A stretch of DNA of 64,000 nt from Eledone cirrhosa. Its lineage: Eukaryota. A program made the translations under genes and the position numbers. The stretch is taken from positions 180,172,001-180,236,000 of the forward strand of contig OZ024741.1 of assembly GCA_964016885.1 (NCBI GenBank), in the 5' to 3' direction. Shown in pieces: positions 1 through 12,738 of the stretch (the first letter of the stretch is position 1; each line of letters starts with the position of its first letter). Under the pieces are notes generated by a model. The model saw nothing but the letters and a program-made list of their open reading frames with translations, searched no databases and was not told the DNA's origin.

Positions 1-129
1 ATGAATTAATAAAACTGGTTTCAGTTATTGGACTGCAGCCATATTGGAGTATCACCATCAAAAGTTTAGTCGATTTTATCAACACAAGTACATACTTATT
101 TTATCGATCTCTCTCCATACACTATAACC

Positions 130-275
130 GGCGAATTGGCAGTCATTAGAACGTCGGAAAGAAGGCTTTGCAGTATTCGTTCCGGCTGTCTACACTCCGA
201 GTTCAAATCCTAACTTTGCCTTTCATCCTTTCAAGTGCAATAAAAAAAAATATCAGTCGAGTACTGTGGTCGATT
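130..275 (+). mobile_element. Diverged tRNA-derived SINE
   Basis: A-box-like TGGCAGTCATTAG, B-box GAGTTCAAATCC and core ACTTTGCCTTTCATCCTT, shared with the SINE at 46999-47184. Confidence 0.65.
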
Positions 276-431
276 CTTCCTCTATATATTTTTCTCACTA
301 CCTCTCTATCATTTACTCTCTCCTTCTCTGACAGAAATCGGCTGTGTTCAGGTCTGGAGAAGAGATGAGCTCCGCCAGGTTTTAAATGCCCATGCGTCAA
401 TACGGCGCCCGCACGTATACCCCTCCACACA

Positions 432-478
<47 letters not shown>

Positions 479-982
479 AAAAAGAGATGAAATCGAAAAT
501 GCAACTGGAGTCTTATTTTTTTTTTTAAATATATATATTTATTTGGTTCCTTTACCGGTTTCGCAGTTCTTCTGCTTTGCAAAAGGTGAGTTGAGATGGA
601 GGGTCTGTGGTTTTTCTCACATCTGGTTGGTCTCTGAATGTTATTTGTTTTATATGGAAAAAGTGGCTCGAAATGCCAGGTTTTTCGAGAACTAAATTGA
701 TTGGTTTGTCAATAATTATAATAAATTTCGCGCCAGTTCGCGTTACAATAGTTCTTCAAACAAGAGGGGGGGGGGGGGGTTGTCGCGGGTTGTTTTTTCA
801 TATATGAGTGTTTGAATTTCTTTTTACTTGAAAAAAGGAGGCTCACGAAGGCTTTTTTTTTGGTTGGTTATAAATGAAATTATGGCTGTCACGTGAACAA
901 ATTTTCATTAAATTTTTGTGCCCTTATTTGGAAATCCATTCTGTAGCCTTTTTAGAGAATTTTTTGATAAGTGAAAGATAAT

Positions 983-1170
983 TGTTTCTACTTTAGGCAC
1001 AAGGCCAGCAATTATCCAGTGCATTACTGGTACTTTATTTTATCGACCCCGTAAGGATGAAAGGCAAAGTCAACCTCGGCGGGATTTGAACTCAGATCGT
1101 AAAGGGACGTAACTATGCTGGAAAGCATGGTGTCCGACCCTCTACCGATACTGCCAATCCACCGCCCTAA
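983..1170 (-). mobile_element. tRNA-derived SINE with 18-bp TSD
   Basis: TSD TGATAAGTGAAAGATAAT at 965-982 and 1171-1188; minus-strand A box TGGCAGTATCGG and B box GAGTTCAAATCC. Confidence 0.92.
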
Positions 1171-1669
1171 TGATAAGTGAAAGATAATGGTCAAGAGAAA
1201 GGGATGGGAGAATTGTTCTGGTTCAGTGAATAACCATATTCATTGAACCAGAACAATTCTCCCATCCCTTTCTCTTGACCATTATCTTTCACTTATCAAA
1301 AAATTCTCTAAAAAGGCTACAGAATGGATTTCCAAATAAGGGCACAAAAATTTAATGAAAATTTGTTCACGTGACAGCCATAATTTCATTTATAACCAAC
1401 CAAAAAAAAGCCTTCGTGAGCCTCCTTTTTTCAAGTAAAAAGAAATTCAAACACTCATATATGAAAAAACAACCTGTGACCCCCCCCCCCTCTTATTTGA
1501 AGAACTATTGTAACGCGAACTGGCGCGAAATTTATTATAATTATTGACAAACCAATCAAATTAGTTCTCGAAAAACCTGGCATTTCGAGCCACTTTTTCC
1601 ATATAAAACAAGTAATATTCAGAGACCAACCAGATGTGAGAAAAACCACAGACCCTCCATCTCAACTCA

Positions 1670-1707
1670 CCTTTTGAAAAGCAGAAGAACTGCGAAACCG
1701 GTAAAGG
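1670..1707 (+). ncRNA. Minimal type I hammerhead ribozyme motif, U3-A8 core variant
   Basis: CCTT / TTGAAAA / GCAG-AAGAA-CTGC / GAAAC-CG-GTA / AAGG: stem I, stem II and palindromic stem III (ACCGGT); copies at 549-586 (-, A6C) and 19916-19952 (+). Confidence 0.7.
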
Positions 1708-1840
1708 AACCAAATAAATATATATATATATTTTTTAAAATAAGACTCCAGTTGCATTTTCGATTTCATCTCTTTTTCTTTATACTTTCACTCGTGTAGG
1801 ACACCTCGGTTATTTTTCATTTTGTAAAAAAAACCCTCAC

Positions 1841-2225
<385 letters not shown>

Positions 2226-2242
2226 ATATATATATATATATT

Positions 2243-2319
<77 letters not shown>

Positions 2320-2637
2320 TTATATGTATATATTATGTAGAAGGTGATATATATAATAAGGCTAAACAATGAAAAATGGACGGTAAGATGAATGTAACAG
2401 TTCCAAAAGATCCCGTAAAGGGGTAAAAGCAGAAATTATTTGCTTAAATTTTTAATCTGTGCAAATAATAAATATTTGCTCTACGGTTTTATGTATATTC
2501 TTGCGTATGCACAAAGTGTGCCGTGCGTGTTTGTATATATATATATTTATATGAATGTATGTATATGTTTATTGCATATCTCTCTCCATATATATAACTT
2601 TCGAACTTTCTCTGGATTTTGGTCGTTGTGTTTATTA

Positions 2638-2730
<93 letters not shown>

Positions 2731-2738
2731 GCATGCAT

Positions 2739-2793
<55 letters not shown>

Positions 2794-2835
2794 TGAAACA
2801 GTTCTAGTCCTGTAGAATCTCATCTATATTAAAAC

Positions 2836-2887
<52 letters not shown>

Positions 2888-3362
2888 TGCATGTATATAT
2901 ATATATATATAAGAAATGTAAATCTGAGATTTTCGAATATTAATAATAATATTCGATTCATTTGCAATTATGCAAACAGCCTCTTAAGCCATGTGAGTAA
3001 AATGACTCCGTCATTCTTGCTCAGAACTGCAGACACTAATGTTTCTGGGTTATTACTCTTCATCAGTACAATATACTGTTTACCTGCTAACTGTCAGAGC
3101 TAGTGAAAATATATGATATTTTCTGGAATATACAGTGACTGATCAGCCTGATTTGCATATCAGACTGCCTGATCAGTCAGATCTGCATATTAACAAACCT
3201 ACTAATCTGCTAGATTTGCATATGAGCAGATAGGTCAGTCAGTTTTATGTATACGAACGATTAATGGTCCACTTTGCCATAGTCAAATAACTAACAAGTA
3301 GTTTATTGCTCTACATGGCTGAATACAATAAATGTAAATAGGAGTTTTTCGAATATTAATAG

Positions 3363-3549
3363 TTGTTTCTACTTTAGGCACAAGGCCAGCAATTACCCAG
3401 TGCATTACTGGTACTTTATTTTATCGACCACGTAAGGATGAAAAGCAAAGTCAACCTCGGCGGGATTTGAACTCAGATCGTAAAGGGACGTAACTAAGCT
3501 GGAAAGCATGGCGTCCGACCCTCTACCGATACTGCCAATCCACCGCCCA
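3363..3549 (-). mobile_element. tRNA-derived SINE
   Basis: Near-identical to 983-1170; flanked by AATATTAATA duplication. Confidence 0.9.
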
Positions 3550-4024
3550 TTAATATTAATAATAATATTTATCTAGATAAAAAATGCATAAAATAATATA
3601 CCTAAAATAACAACATGGCCAGTAATTCGGCGGAATTTACATTTAACAAACAAACACCTATTGACTATAAACGACTTAAAATAATCCCATGGTTAATAGC
3701 TGTGAGTAACAAACAACATACACACATACATACGATCTACAACACAAAAACACTTAAATGAAAATCACATACCCAACTCTATCATGTGCTTTGCATTACA
3801 CCTTACATTATCACCACATGCCTCGCTAACAAATTGCACACTATCTTAAACATTTAGAACAATTATAACATGCTTTAACACCCCACACTAAATATGTTTA
3901 TTTCAACTGCATTATAACTCTTTCCTCATACATGCCTTATTAACTGTATTGACTCCTGCATTTTACACCAATTTTCCTTGCTTATAACTTTTTTGCCTGT
4001 TTTTTTAGCTTGTGGTAAGAACCT

Positions 4025-5482
4025 ACGCTACCTCAATGGTGGTTTATACCGCGATGATGCCTACTCCTTATAGACTATAAAAAAATTTAATATAGAAAGA
4101 ACTAGAAAACTATTACATCAAATTTTCAAAAACTTCAACTTAAGTATCACCTTAGACAAAAGCACTAAAAATGTTAACTTCCTTGATGCTACCCTTTATC
4201 TAGACTCTAAAATATATACACCCTTTCATAAACCTAACGAAAAACTAATTTATGTATGATACCAAGTCTAACCACCCTAAATCAATATTAAACCCAATCA
4301 CTAAAGGAATATCTAATAGAATCTCTAATCTATCATATAACGAAGCCATATTTAACAATACTATAATCAGGCATTAGCTAAATCAGGCCATAAAAATGGG
4401 ATTGAATTCCTACCTATAAAATCACATAGTTACAGCCATAAAAATGGGATTGAATTCCTGCCTATAAAATCACATAGTTACAGCATTATTTCTCACAATA
4501 TGGCCATGAGGAAAAATAATAAGAGTACTAGCCACTCTTACTCTAATACGAAAGGTAATATCAAACTTAACCAGCACCAAAGTAAACACCACAATAATAT
4601 TATAAACAGAAATACCTCAATAGATATTACAAAAAACAAAAATAGAAGAACTAATACATTCTTCAATCCCCCTTTCAATCTAAACGTCTCTACCAACTTA
4701 CCTAAAGCTTTCTTCTCAATCCTAGAAAAAAACTTCCCATCTGGCCACAAATACCATAATCTTATAAATAAAAACACCATTAAAATCTCTTACTCTACCA
4801 CACCTAACATAGCATACCATATAGCTAGTAGTAATAAAAGGAAGATTAATAATTATTTCCAACTAATTAAAACACAGCAGGAGGTAAACTTACAGAACAA
4901 CATAATAACTACAAACCCTAGTAGCAATAGTAATAATAGTAATAACACTAATGAAATCAATAACAATAGCAACGACAACCATCATTACCCTAATGCTATC
5001 CATAACAACCAGACTTCTACACAACATAATAACCGGCAAGATAACATCCAAAATAAATGTAACTGTAGATCAAATAGAACTTGCCCATTAAGTAATAATT
5101 GCTTAATCAAAGACATCATTTACTCTTGCACGGTCAACACAAACAACTCTTCTAAAACATATATTGGCTCTACTTCGAACTGCTTCAAGACGAGATACAA
5201 CTCGCACCTCCACTCTTTCGAAAAACACAATCTAGCCAACTCCACTATCTAGCTACATACACTCTCTGAAAACTAGGAAAAGAACATATACACTTCAATG
5301 GGAAGTAGTAGGTCGGGCTGCATCGTATAAACCACCGAACAAATTTTGTAACCTCTGTCTTCTAGAGACCCATACTATAATCTTTTCGAAACTAAACCTT
5401 CTAAATAAAAAGTCAGAGATGTTTTCCTCGTGCCAACACCACTACCGATACTCATTCGATAGCTTTATACCTAGCCGCTAGT
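4025..5482 (+). pseudogene. Penelope-like retroelement RT C-terminus/thumb plus GIY-YIG endonuclease (Naiad-like), frameshifted
   Basis: GLYRDD at ~4041-4058, VNFLD, KSNHPK, FFNPPF..NV.TN, CxCx5Cx5C (CNCRSNRTCPLSNNC), IIY...YIG...RY..H, then CNLCL.E and LLNKKSE...CQH in a shifted frame; in-frame 48-bp tandem duplication at 4387-4482. Confidence 0.88.
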
Positions 5483-5773
5483 ATATAACAAAGTCAGATT
5501 TGAATTTATCACCACCATTAACACTTCACCTCTAAGACTTTTCTTCCCCCACAGCATCACACTCTTTGATCTGCTCTTTGCTCTACACAAATATTATTTA
5601 TCTCTAACATTATACTCTAGAAATAAACATCTAGTCACCACCTTATAATATAAATACTTTAGATTACTCATAATATATACAGTACTTGAAATATAATATA
5701 TGTATAGACATTAAATGTAATATGTGACAATGAATTATATATACATTTATAATTAAATGTATAAATTAATAAC

Positions 5774-5955
5774 TGTTTCTACTTTAGGCACAAGGCCAGC
5801 AATTACCCAGTGCATTACTGGTACTTTATTTTATCGACCCCGTAAGAATGAAAGGCAAAGTCAACCTCGGCGAGATTTGAACTCAGATCGTAAAGGGACG
5901 TAACTATGCTGGAAAGCATGGCGTCCGACCCTCTACCGATACTGCCAATCCACCA
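5774..5955 (-). mobile_element. tRNA-derived SINE
   Basis: Near-identical to 983-1170. Confidence 0.9.
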
Positions 5956-6866
5956 TAACATTGTATATAAAGGATTAATTTATTAACATAAGGGATTTAT
6001 CTAATTTAACATGTAAACAGCTATACATTATTCTATATCTTGCTTAATATTGGGTAGATAACAATCTAATGAAACATTTAATATATTATGAGAGTAGACT
6101 GTATTTAAAATTAAATATAAATATATAACATTTTGTATAAGGGATTCAATTGTGGTACTATATAATGTCTATTAGAGCAAATAATTTTAATATTATAATG
6201 AGATAGCTACCTCCCCTTACGCATTAGCTCGTCTTAATTCCATATCCACTTCCGGATATTAAACCGTTGAAAAATCTCGCTGTAGAACAACTCTAATCCA
6301 TGAATATGAATACAATAAAACCAAGTTACAATCCATTACTATAACTAAGTAAAAACATTCAATACAAACATTAACTAAAATATAACTTAGCATATGTAAT
6401 GGATGGGAAATCTGTAACTTTCATATTCTACACACATACATATTTGAACTATACAGAAACTATCCTCGCATTACATCCGCCATAATACACTAACATATTC
6501 GCTTAAAGTGCTTGTATTCTATGTAATACCTTGCCATACAGTACTCATATATGCCTAATACATTTGCCTGTTTCCTTCCCATATATATGACTAACGCATG
6601 TACAATCTCTACACGCTTCCTCAATGCCTCTTTAATTATTAGACTATTCTCTTGTATTATCTATCGCATGTATTCCACTCTGTGCTTTTAATTTTAATTT
6701 TAATTTTAATTTTAATCTTAATTTGAATTATTGTACAATTCTCGTATAAAATATGTCGCATCCATTACACCCTGTATATACTAAACTGTTGTTCACAACA
6801 TCAATATATATGTATCTATATGATTCTTCAGTTGAATAGGAGGTTAATTATATGTACAAACATTGA

Positions 6867-6920
6867 TAATGCTCCGATGACCCCAAACTAAAGTTTGGAA
6901 GAAACAATTGTCAGCGATTA
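6867..6920 (+). ncRNA. Minimal type I hammerhead motif, probably in the 3' pseudo-LTR of the Penelope-like element
   Basis: TAATGCT / CCGATGA / CCAAACT-AA-AGTTTGG / GAAAC-AATT-GTC / AGCGATTA; U4C core change. Confidence 0.65.
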
Positions 6921-7129
6921 AATGATTTGAACATAATTTTGATACTTGTGTATTTTATATTCCTGCTCTGTAAAACACCTGATGTTCTTACATTGAGCTA
7001 TTTCTCTTACTGGTAATGAGGTAGTAATAAATTACTGACCTTTCCTGTTTATAGTTATTTATAGTATAGTATATACATAACTATAAATAGTATCTTTATT
7101 ATTATATTTATATATATACATATATCTAT

Positions 7130-8137
7130 CTAGGGCGGGTAAAATTCCCGAGATCCATGGATGAGTTCTCTCCAGCGGTCTCTGTCCCTCATTATCACTG
7201 CCATGTCCTGCGTCTCCAACAGACCAGTGTCTGTCCTTAGGGCATCAACATACGTTAACCTTGGTATTCCTCTTCCAGTATGTCCATGTAAGGGCTCCCA
7301 CAGGAGCACTGAGTGCAATGTCAACTCTGGATGTCGGTGAGCATGTCCAGCTAACCTCAGCCACCTCTCTGTCACTTTTGAGCTGACTTTTGGGAGGCTC
7401 CCATACAGCTCTAAGTTTTCATCCTCAGTGTATACTGATTAATGTTCAGAGCCATCCTCAGCATTCTCGTGTAGCACCCATCCACCATCTGAGTGAGTTT
7501 CTTGGTTAGTGTCTAAGTCTCAGACCCGTACAGCAGCACAAACTCCACTACAGCAATGAAGAGGCAGATTTTCAGGTCTTTACGAAGGTCCGACTTCCAG
7601 ACCGATCTCAAGCTGTGGTACACCGCCCAGGCTTTGCTCTTCCTCTCAACTACATCATCTTCCGTATTCCCAATCTTTGCTCCCAAATACAGGAAGTCCT
7701 CAACCAATTCTAGCGGCTTCCCACCAACCTTTGTGATCCCATCTGGCTTCTCAACATTCTCTACCAGATATTTTGTTTTAGTCTCATTCATTTACAGCCC
7801 CACACTCATCGACACAGTCTCAACCTCCTGCATCAAATCCTCTGCCTCCTTCACTGTATTTGTCACCAAAACTATGTCGTCGGCAAATTCAGCATCCGAT
7901 ATCTTTTTCGCCTTAACTCTCCTGCTCTGAGCCGATGCTACAGTAAAGCCAGAGTCCTGGTGTCTCTCCAGTGCAAGGCGCATACAATAGTCCACTACGA
8001 TGATAAAAAGGTAGAGAGCCAATGTATCTCCCTGGAGCACTCCAGCCAGTATCTCAAAGAACTCTGTCATCCCATCAGGTGTAATGACTTGGGATTTGGT
8101 GTTGGTGTAGAGCAGTGATATCAGGTCCACTATCTTA
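7130..8137 (-). mobile_element. RTE-clade LINE, 5'-truncated RT/3' fragment
   Basis: GVLQGDTLA, FADD, FLYLG, LLYGSET, RLRLAGH and RDRW motifs; in-frame stops. Confidence 0.88.
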
Positions 8138-8185
8138 TATATATATATATTAGGTCCACTATCTTATATATATATATATATATAT

Positions 8186-9463
8186 AGGAACGAGTAGGAC
8201 CCCGACGGCTGAGCTCAAGCCGTTTCGACGGCTAATTCTGGACTAAATGAAAATATTTATTCTGGTACATGAATAGCCGAGCTTCTCAGGGGGTAATCCC
8301 ATATATGGTAAAAGTGATTATCACAAGGATTTGTCAAAAGTTTGTTGTTGAGACCCATAATTCTATAACTTTCTCGCCCACCCCGAGGCAGCCCTCGGTC
8401 CTTTGTAGCCTCAGTACCCCCACCCCCATCCCCTATTCTATGATAGAATTGGCCGACTCCGCTTTTTATAGCAGATGTGATAGACCCCAGATACTTGCTT
8501 TCTTATCCGATGGCTGCCCCATTTCCGTGCTTTCTACATTTCTTAGTGGTATCCCTGCTTTAGTTTCTCGTATATCAGTATTTTTTTTTTGGGGGGGGGG
8601 GGGGGGGGGATTCTGAATTAATTTTCCGTATCAAATTTTTCATATATATCGTACGAGTATTTATGTAGTTTGTATTATAATTTTTGTATTGCAGCGGCAC
8701 CCTTATATATAGTATTAGTATTCATTTTCGGGATTCTGAATTATTATTTCGTATTAGTTTCGGGACTCTGAATTATTATTTCGTAGTAGTTTCTTTAGTA
8801 TTTTGGCCCCCTACTTGTTGACCTGTCACTGTAAGATAGATTTGGTTGATTACTACTAACTCATAAAATTCTTTCATTACAATCCCGTCCCACCTAGTAA
8901 ACGTTTCTATAGTTTAGCAGTACCAGTGAGAGACTTGATGATTGTGGTAGGGGAATAGTAACCAGATATTGTTTTTTTATATTTTTAACATTCTTATTAT
9001 TCTTCTATATATTTACTCCATATAGATTTACTTATTGTTTCGACTTCCTCCCCTCCTCCTCCCTAGTATACTTCTCTTGACCTCTTATCCTTAGGATCCT
9101 GCTGTAGTTGGCACTATCAACGCACGACTGAGTTTCCTCCACTCCCTCTCCCTCTTTCTTCTACTGGCAAGTTCAGCTACCCCTTCCTTCCACAAATTGC
9201 CATGATAGAATTATGTGTCTCAACAACAAACTTTTGACCAATCCTTATGACAATCACTTTTACCATATATGGAATTACCCCCTGAGAAGCTCGGCTATTC
9301 ATGTACCAGGATAAAAATTTTCATTTAGTCCAGAATTAGCCGTCGAAACGGCTTGAGCTCAGCTGTCGCGGTCCTACTCGTTCCTATTACCTACTCTACT
9401 ACCCTAAGTATTCAGTACTTTGGTGCGTTATGGTCCATCTGGTTCCTTACCAGATTTCCTCCG

Positions 9464-9465
<2 letters not shown>
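8186..9465. mobile_element. Non-coding HHR element (family B) with inverted termini, inserted in (TA)n
   Basis: 8186-8368 is the reverse complement of 9203-9384; right arm continues to 9465; both arms contain an HHR-like fold; shorter relatives at 11157, 15547, 19681 and 55698. Confidence 0.85.
8199..8294 (-). ncRNA. Hammerhead-like motif (G8A core, long stems II and III)
   Basis: ACCCC / CTGAGAA / CGGCTA..TAGCCG / GAAACGGCT-TGAGCTC-AGCCGTC / GGGGT; second copy at 9277-9372 (+) with a stem I mismatch. Confidence 0.6.
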
Positions 9466-9534
<69 letters not shown>

Positions 9535-9879
9535 CGCTGCCAACACGTTTTCGAGTACGGCCACTACTTTATATCCATGTAGGAGAACCCCTACCGATGC
9601 GCTGAACGAGTGTGACTTTTTAGTCCAGCCAGCGACTTGAAAACTCTGGTACAAACACTACACTTGTGACAATTATTGACACATAGTGTTGGGCCCATGG
9701 TACCATGTGACGACAAGTGCAGAGAGATCTCCAGATATAAAGCAATGCCTGTGCCGTGAAGCTTTTATAGTGAGCAAAGGCACTGCACAAAGCCAGTCCC
9801 ACTCTCTTAACCAAGATGATATTTACCAAAAAGAAGAACAAGTCAACATCATTGGATACCATCAGGGTTGCAGGTGTTA

Positions 9880-10103
9880 TATCAGAGTTTTCCTTCTCCT
9901 AGAATTCTGTCTTGACAAAGGCTAAGGGGTCATCTCTCCCGGTGATTTTGGATGGCCATTGACTCTTAAGAGCTTCTTTGCCCTTTGACAGGTTTTGTTT
10001 TTAGTCCTGCATGATGTCCAAAGTCACCCTCCTCACCAAGAAACCTTGGTGGGGTTGCCAGTTTAGTCGCCAACGACCCGACCATGAGACAGGTTGTACT
10101 GGG
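9880..10103 (+). mobile_element. 5' UTR fragment of the RTE family seen at 16190-18643
   Basis: Similar to 16210-16460 (GGATGGCC.TTGACTCTT, GGGGTTGCC.GTTTAGTCGC, CAGGTTGTACTGGG). Confidence 0.65.
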
Positions 10104-10136
10104 ATATATATATATATATACATACATACATATATA

Positions 10137-11035
10137 CAGAGTGCGGACGATATTTGTTCGCAATTTTCAACTGCTAACTTTATGCAAATTTTTTTTTACT
10201 TCCGTTGTCACTCTTTTCTTCATAAAAACAGTGACTATATTTCCATTATTTATTTTCAGAATAATTGATTATGAATAATTTTGAACCTCCAAATTTGTGG
10301 AAGAGACACGGAGTTCTTCTTGGAATCCGCGCCGGGAGGACAAATAAGGAAATTTCAGACTTTGTCAGCGGCAGCAGGAGAATGGTGGAAAAGGTCAGAA
10401 AGGAATTGGAAGATACAGGATTCGACTACGAAGCAGCACCAGAGAGGAAAACATATGATCGACGATCTTACGCCTTCAGAACGTCCGAGTTCGTCGCTGA
10501 AGTTCAGGATATCATCAACAATGAACCTAGCAAGTTGATGCGTGCCATTGCAAGGGAGAAAGGCGTTGATGAAAAGCTCATTAGACTGCAGGTAGGCCGT
10601 ACGTGTGGCAGCAAGACTCAGCACCCTGCCATACCAGCCGAAAGACCCAAGCCTGGCTGTCAGAGAACTTCGTCGACCACACTTCACCTGACATCTGGCC
10701 TCCCAGCTCTCCTGACTGCAACCCCATCGACTTCTTTGTGTGGGGCGCAGTGGAACGAGACACCAACAGATATAACTGCAATATGAAAGATGATCTGAAG
10801 GCCAGGATCACAAGTCCCTTTAGGGGCCTAAGTCGGGAGACAGTGACGAAGGCCTGTAGCCGGTTCCGAGGCCACCTTGGGCCGTCATCAAAGCCAATGG
10901 CGGGTTTATCGAGTGAGATTGAAAGAACAAGTCATGAAGACAAACTGACCCAAGTTTGATAAATAAATCTTAAAAAATAAAACTACTGTTACTTTTTCCT
11001 AAACTGTAATATTGCGAACAAATATCGTCCGCACC

Positions 11036-11038
<3 letters not shown>
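10137..11038 (+). mobile_element. Tc1/mariner DD37D (maT-like) transposon, internally deleted
   Basis: 28-bp TIRs CAG(A/G)GTGCGGACGATATTTGTTCGCAAT, TA on both sides; HTH region in ORF 10265-10786; QQDSAPCH...WPPSSPDCNPID with 37 residues between the Ds; first catalytic D region missing. Confidence 0.9.
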
Positions 11039-11084
<46 letters not shown>

Positions 11085-11094
11085 CATATATATA

Positions 11095-11156
<62 letters not shown>

Positions 11157-11157
<1 letters not shown>

Positions 11158-11320
11158 CGTATATAACAAAGAAAGTGTGGTAAGGAACCAGGTGGACCAT
11201 AACGCACCAGAGTACTCGATACTTAGTGTAGTAGAGTGGGTAATAGGAAAAGAGTCAAGATCCCCGGCGGCTGTCGAAACGGCCGCAGCTCAGCCGTCGG
11301 GGTCTCGGCGTGTTCCTATT
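11157..11320. mobile_element. Family B truncated fold-back copy
   Basis: Inverted 3' end (AAAGTGTGGTAAGGAACCAGG...) joined to forward GTCGAAACGGC..AGCCGTCGGGG, within (TA)n. Confidence 0.75.
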
Positions 11321-11361
11321 TCATATATATATATATATAAGAGAGAGAGAGAGAGAGAGTA

Positions 11362-11425
<64 letters not shown>

Positions 11426-11929
11426 AGAGAGAGAGGGGGGATATGTAAAATCCCGAAACTGCTTGGCGCCGCGGTCACGCGGTCGGGATTTTACATATCT
11501 CTATACACACTCTGCATCTCCCCATGCCTCGAGTACTCCCATGATTAGTGGTTTCCTCAGTGCCGCAGAGTCCACACACACACACACATATATAAACTAG
11601 AAAAAAATAAACAAAGAAAGAACAAGACAACGAACGAAAACAAAACAAATCGAAAAACAATTTAAGAGTAAACCTTAAAAAATAAATATACAAATGAAGG
11701 ACACAGAACTCCATGGTCATCGGCCGTTGAGATGGACTTGGGTAGATTCGACCCCTACCAATGGTACTGCTGGTCTACTTGGGGTCACAGCGTCTGACAT
11801 AAGCCAAACGCTGTGCAGTGGAGTAAAAAACGAGAGACAAAACAGTATATATTATAATTTAGAAATCAACTGAAAAAGTAAAAATAAATGCAAAACATTT
11901 AATATGATTTACAGATATTTATATAGGAG

Positions 11930-12130
11930 AACAATGGTTTAGCAAGATTGTTAGAGCATCGGACAAAAATGCTTAGCTATATTTATTGTCATTTCTTTAC
12001 GTTCTACTCTATCGTTAGTGTGTCCGTAAGGTCGTGAGTTCGATATCTGGACCATGCAACTTGTTATGTCCATGAGCAAGCCGCGTTGTTTCATATTGCT
12101 CCAGTCTACTCAACTGGCAAAAATGAGTCA
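11930..12130 (+). mobile_element. Diverged SINE (tRNA/CORE-like)
   Basis: GAGTTCGAT B-box-like motif and TTGCTCCAGTCTACTCAACTG core shared with 14790 and 54917. Confidence 0.5.
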
Positions 12131-12621
12131 TCAGTTCCGTGTTGGATAGAGTTTCCCAGATACGTGATAGATGTCGACTCACTATGTGTGCCAGTTGCGT
12201 TCATCCTGTCGTTTTATATATCAGCGACAGCATTGCTCAATGTTGACAACTAGAGCAGCCAACGAAGTAACCTCTGTGTGGTCACTCCAGCAACTAGAAA
12301 TACCAGCCTTTTCAATACACACTCGACCTATCAGAAATAACAGCGCTTAAGACACACATTGGATAATGTTATTTGAGGCTCCCAGAATATAGAGAAACGG
12401 TAAGACGGTAATGGCTGGAATGCCTTTGATCATATATCTACTCGATCAGGACTAAACCGCCTAGAGAAGGAGAAATGCTAGACTCAGAACCTTTAACCCT
12501 TTTTATACTAAACCGCCTGAAACCGCCCTGGATTGATGATACAAAACTGATCATTTTTAAATGTTTATCGTTATATTAAAACCTCCCAGCATAATCTTAT
12601 TTTAGACATTTTTGTTAAATA

Positions 12622-12738
12622 ATTGTTTCTACTTTCGACACAAGGCCAGCAATTACCTCAGTGCATTATTAGTGCTTTATTTTATCGACCCTGTAAGGAT
12701 GAAAGGCAAAGTTAATCTTGGCGGGATTTGAACTCAGA
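12622..12738 (-). mobile_element. Truncated tRNA-derived SINE
   Basis: 3' half of the SINE at 983-1170. Confidence 0.8.

Noticed and set aside
607-807. Duplicated 64-66 aa ORFs (also 1455-1649)
   Set aside because: By-product of the family A palindrome; non-ATG start and no recognisable motif
4250-4262. TGA in the Penelope-like RT as a selenocysteine codon
   Set aside because: Better explained by a 1-bp insertion: the frame resumes as DTKSNHP, and this is not a Cys position
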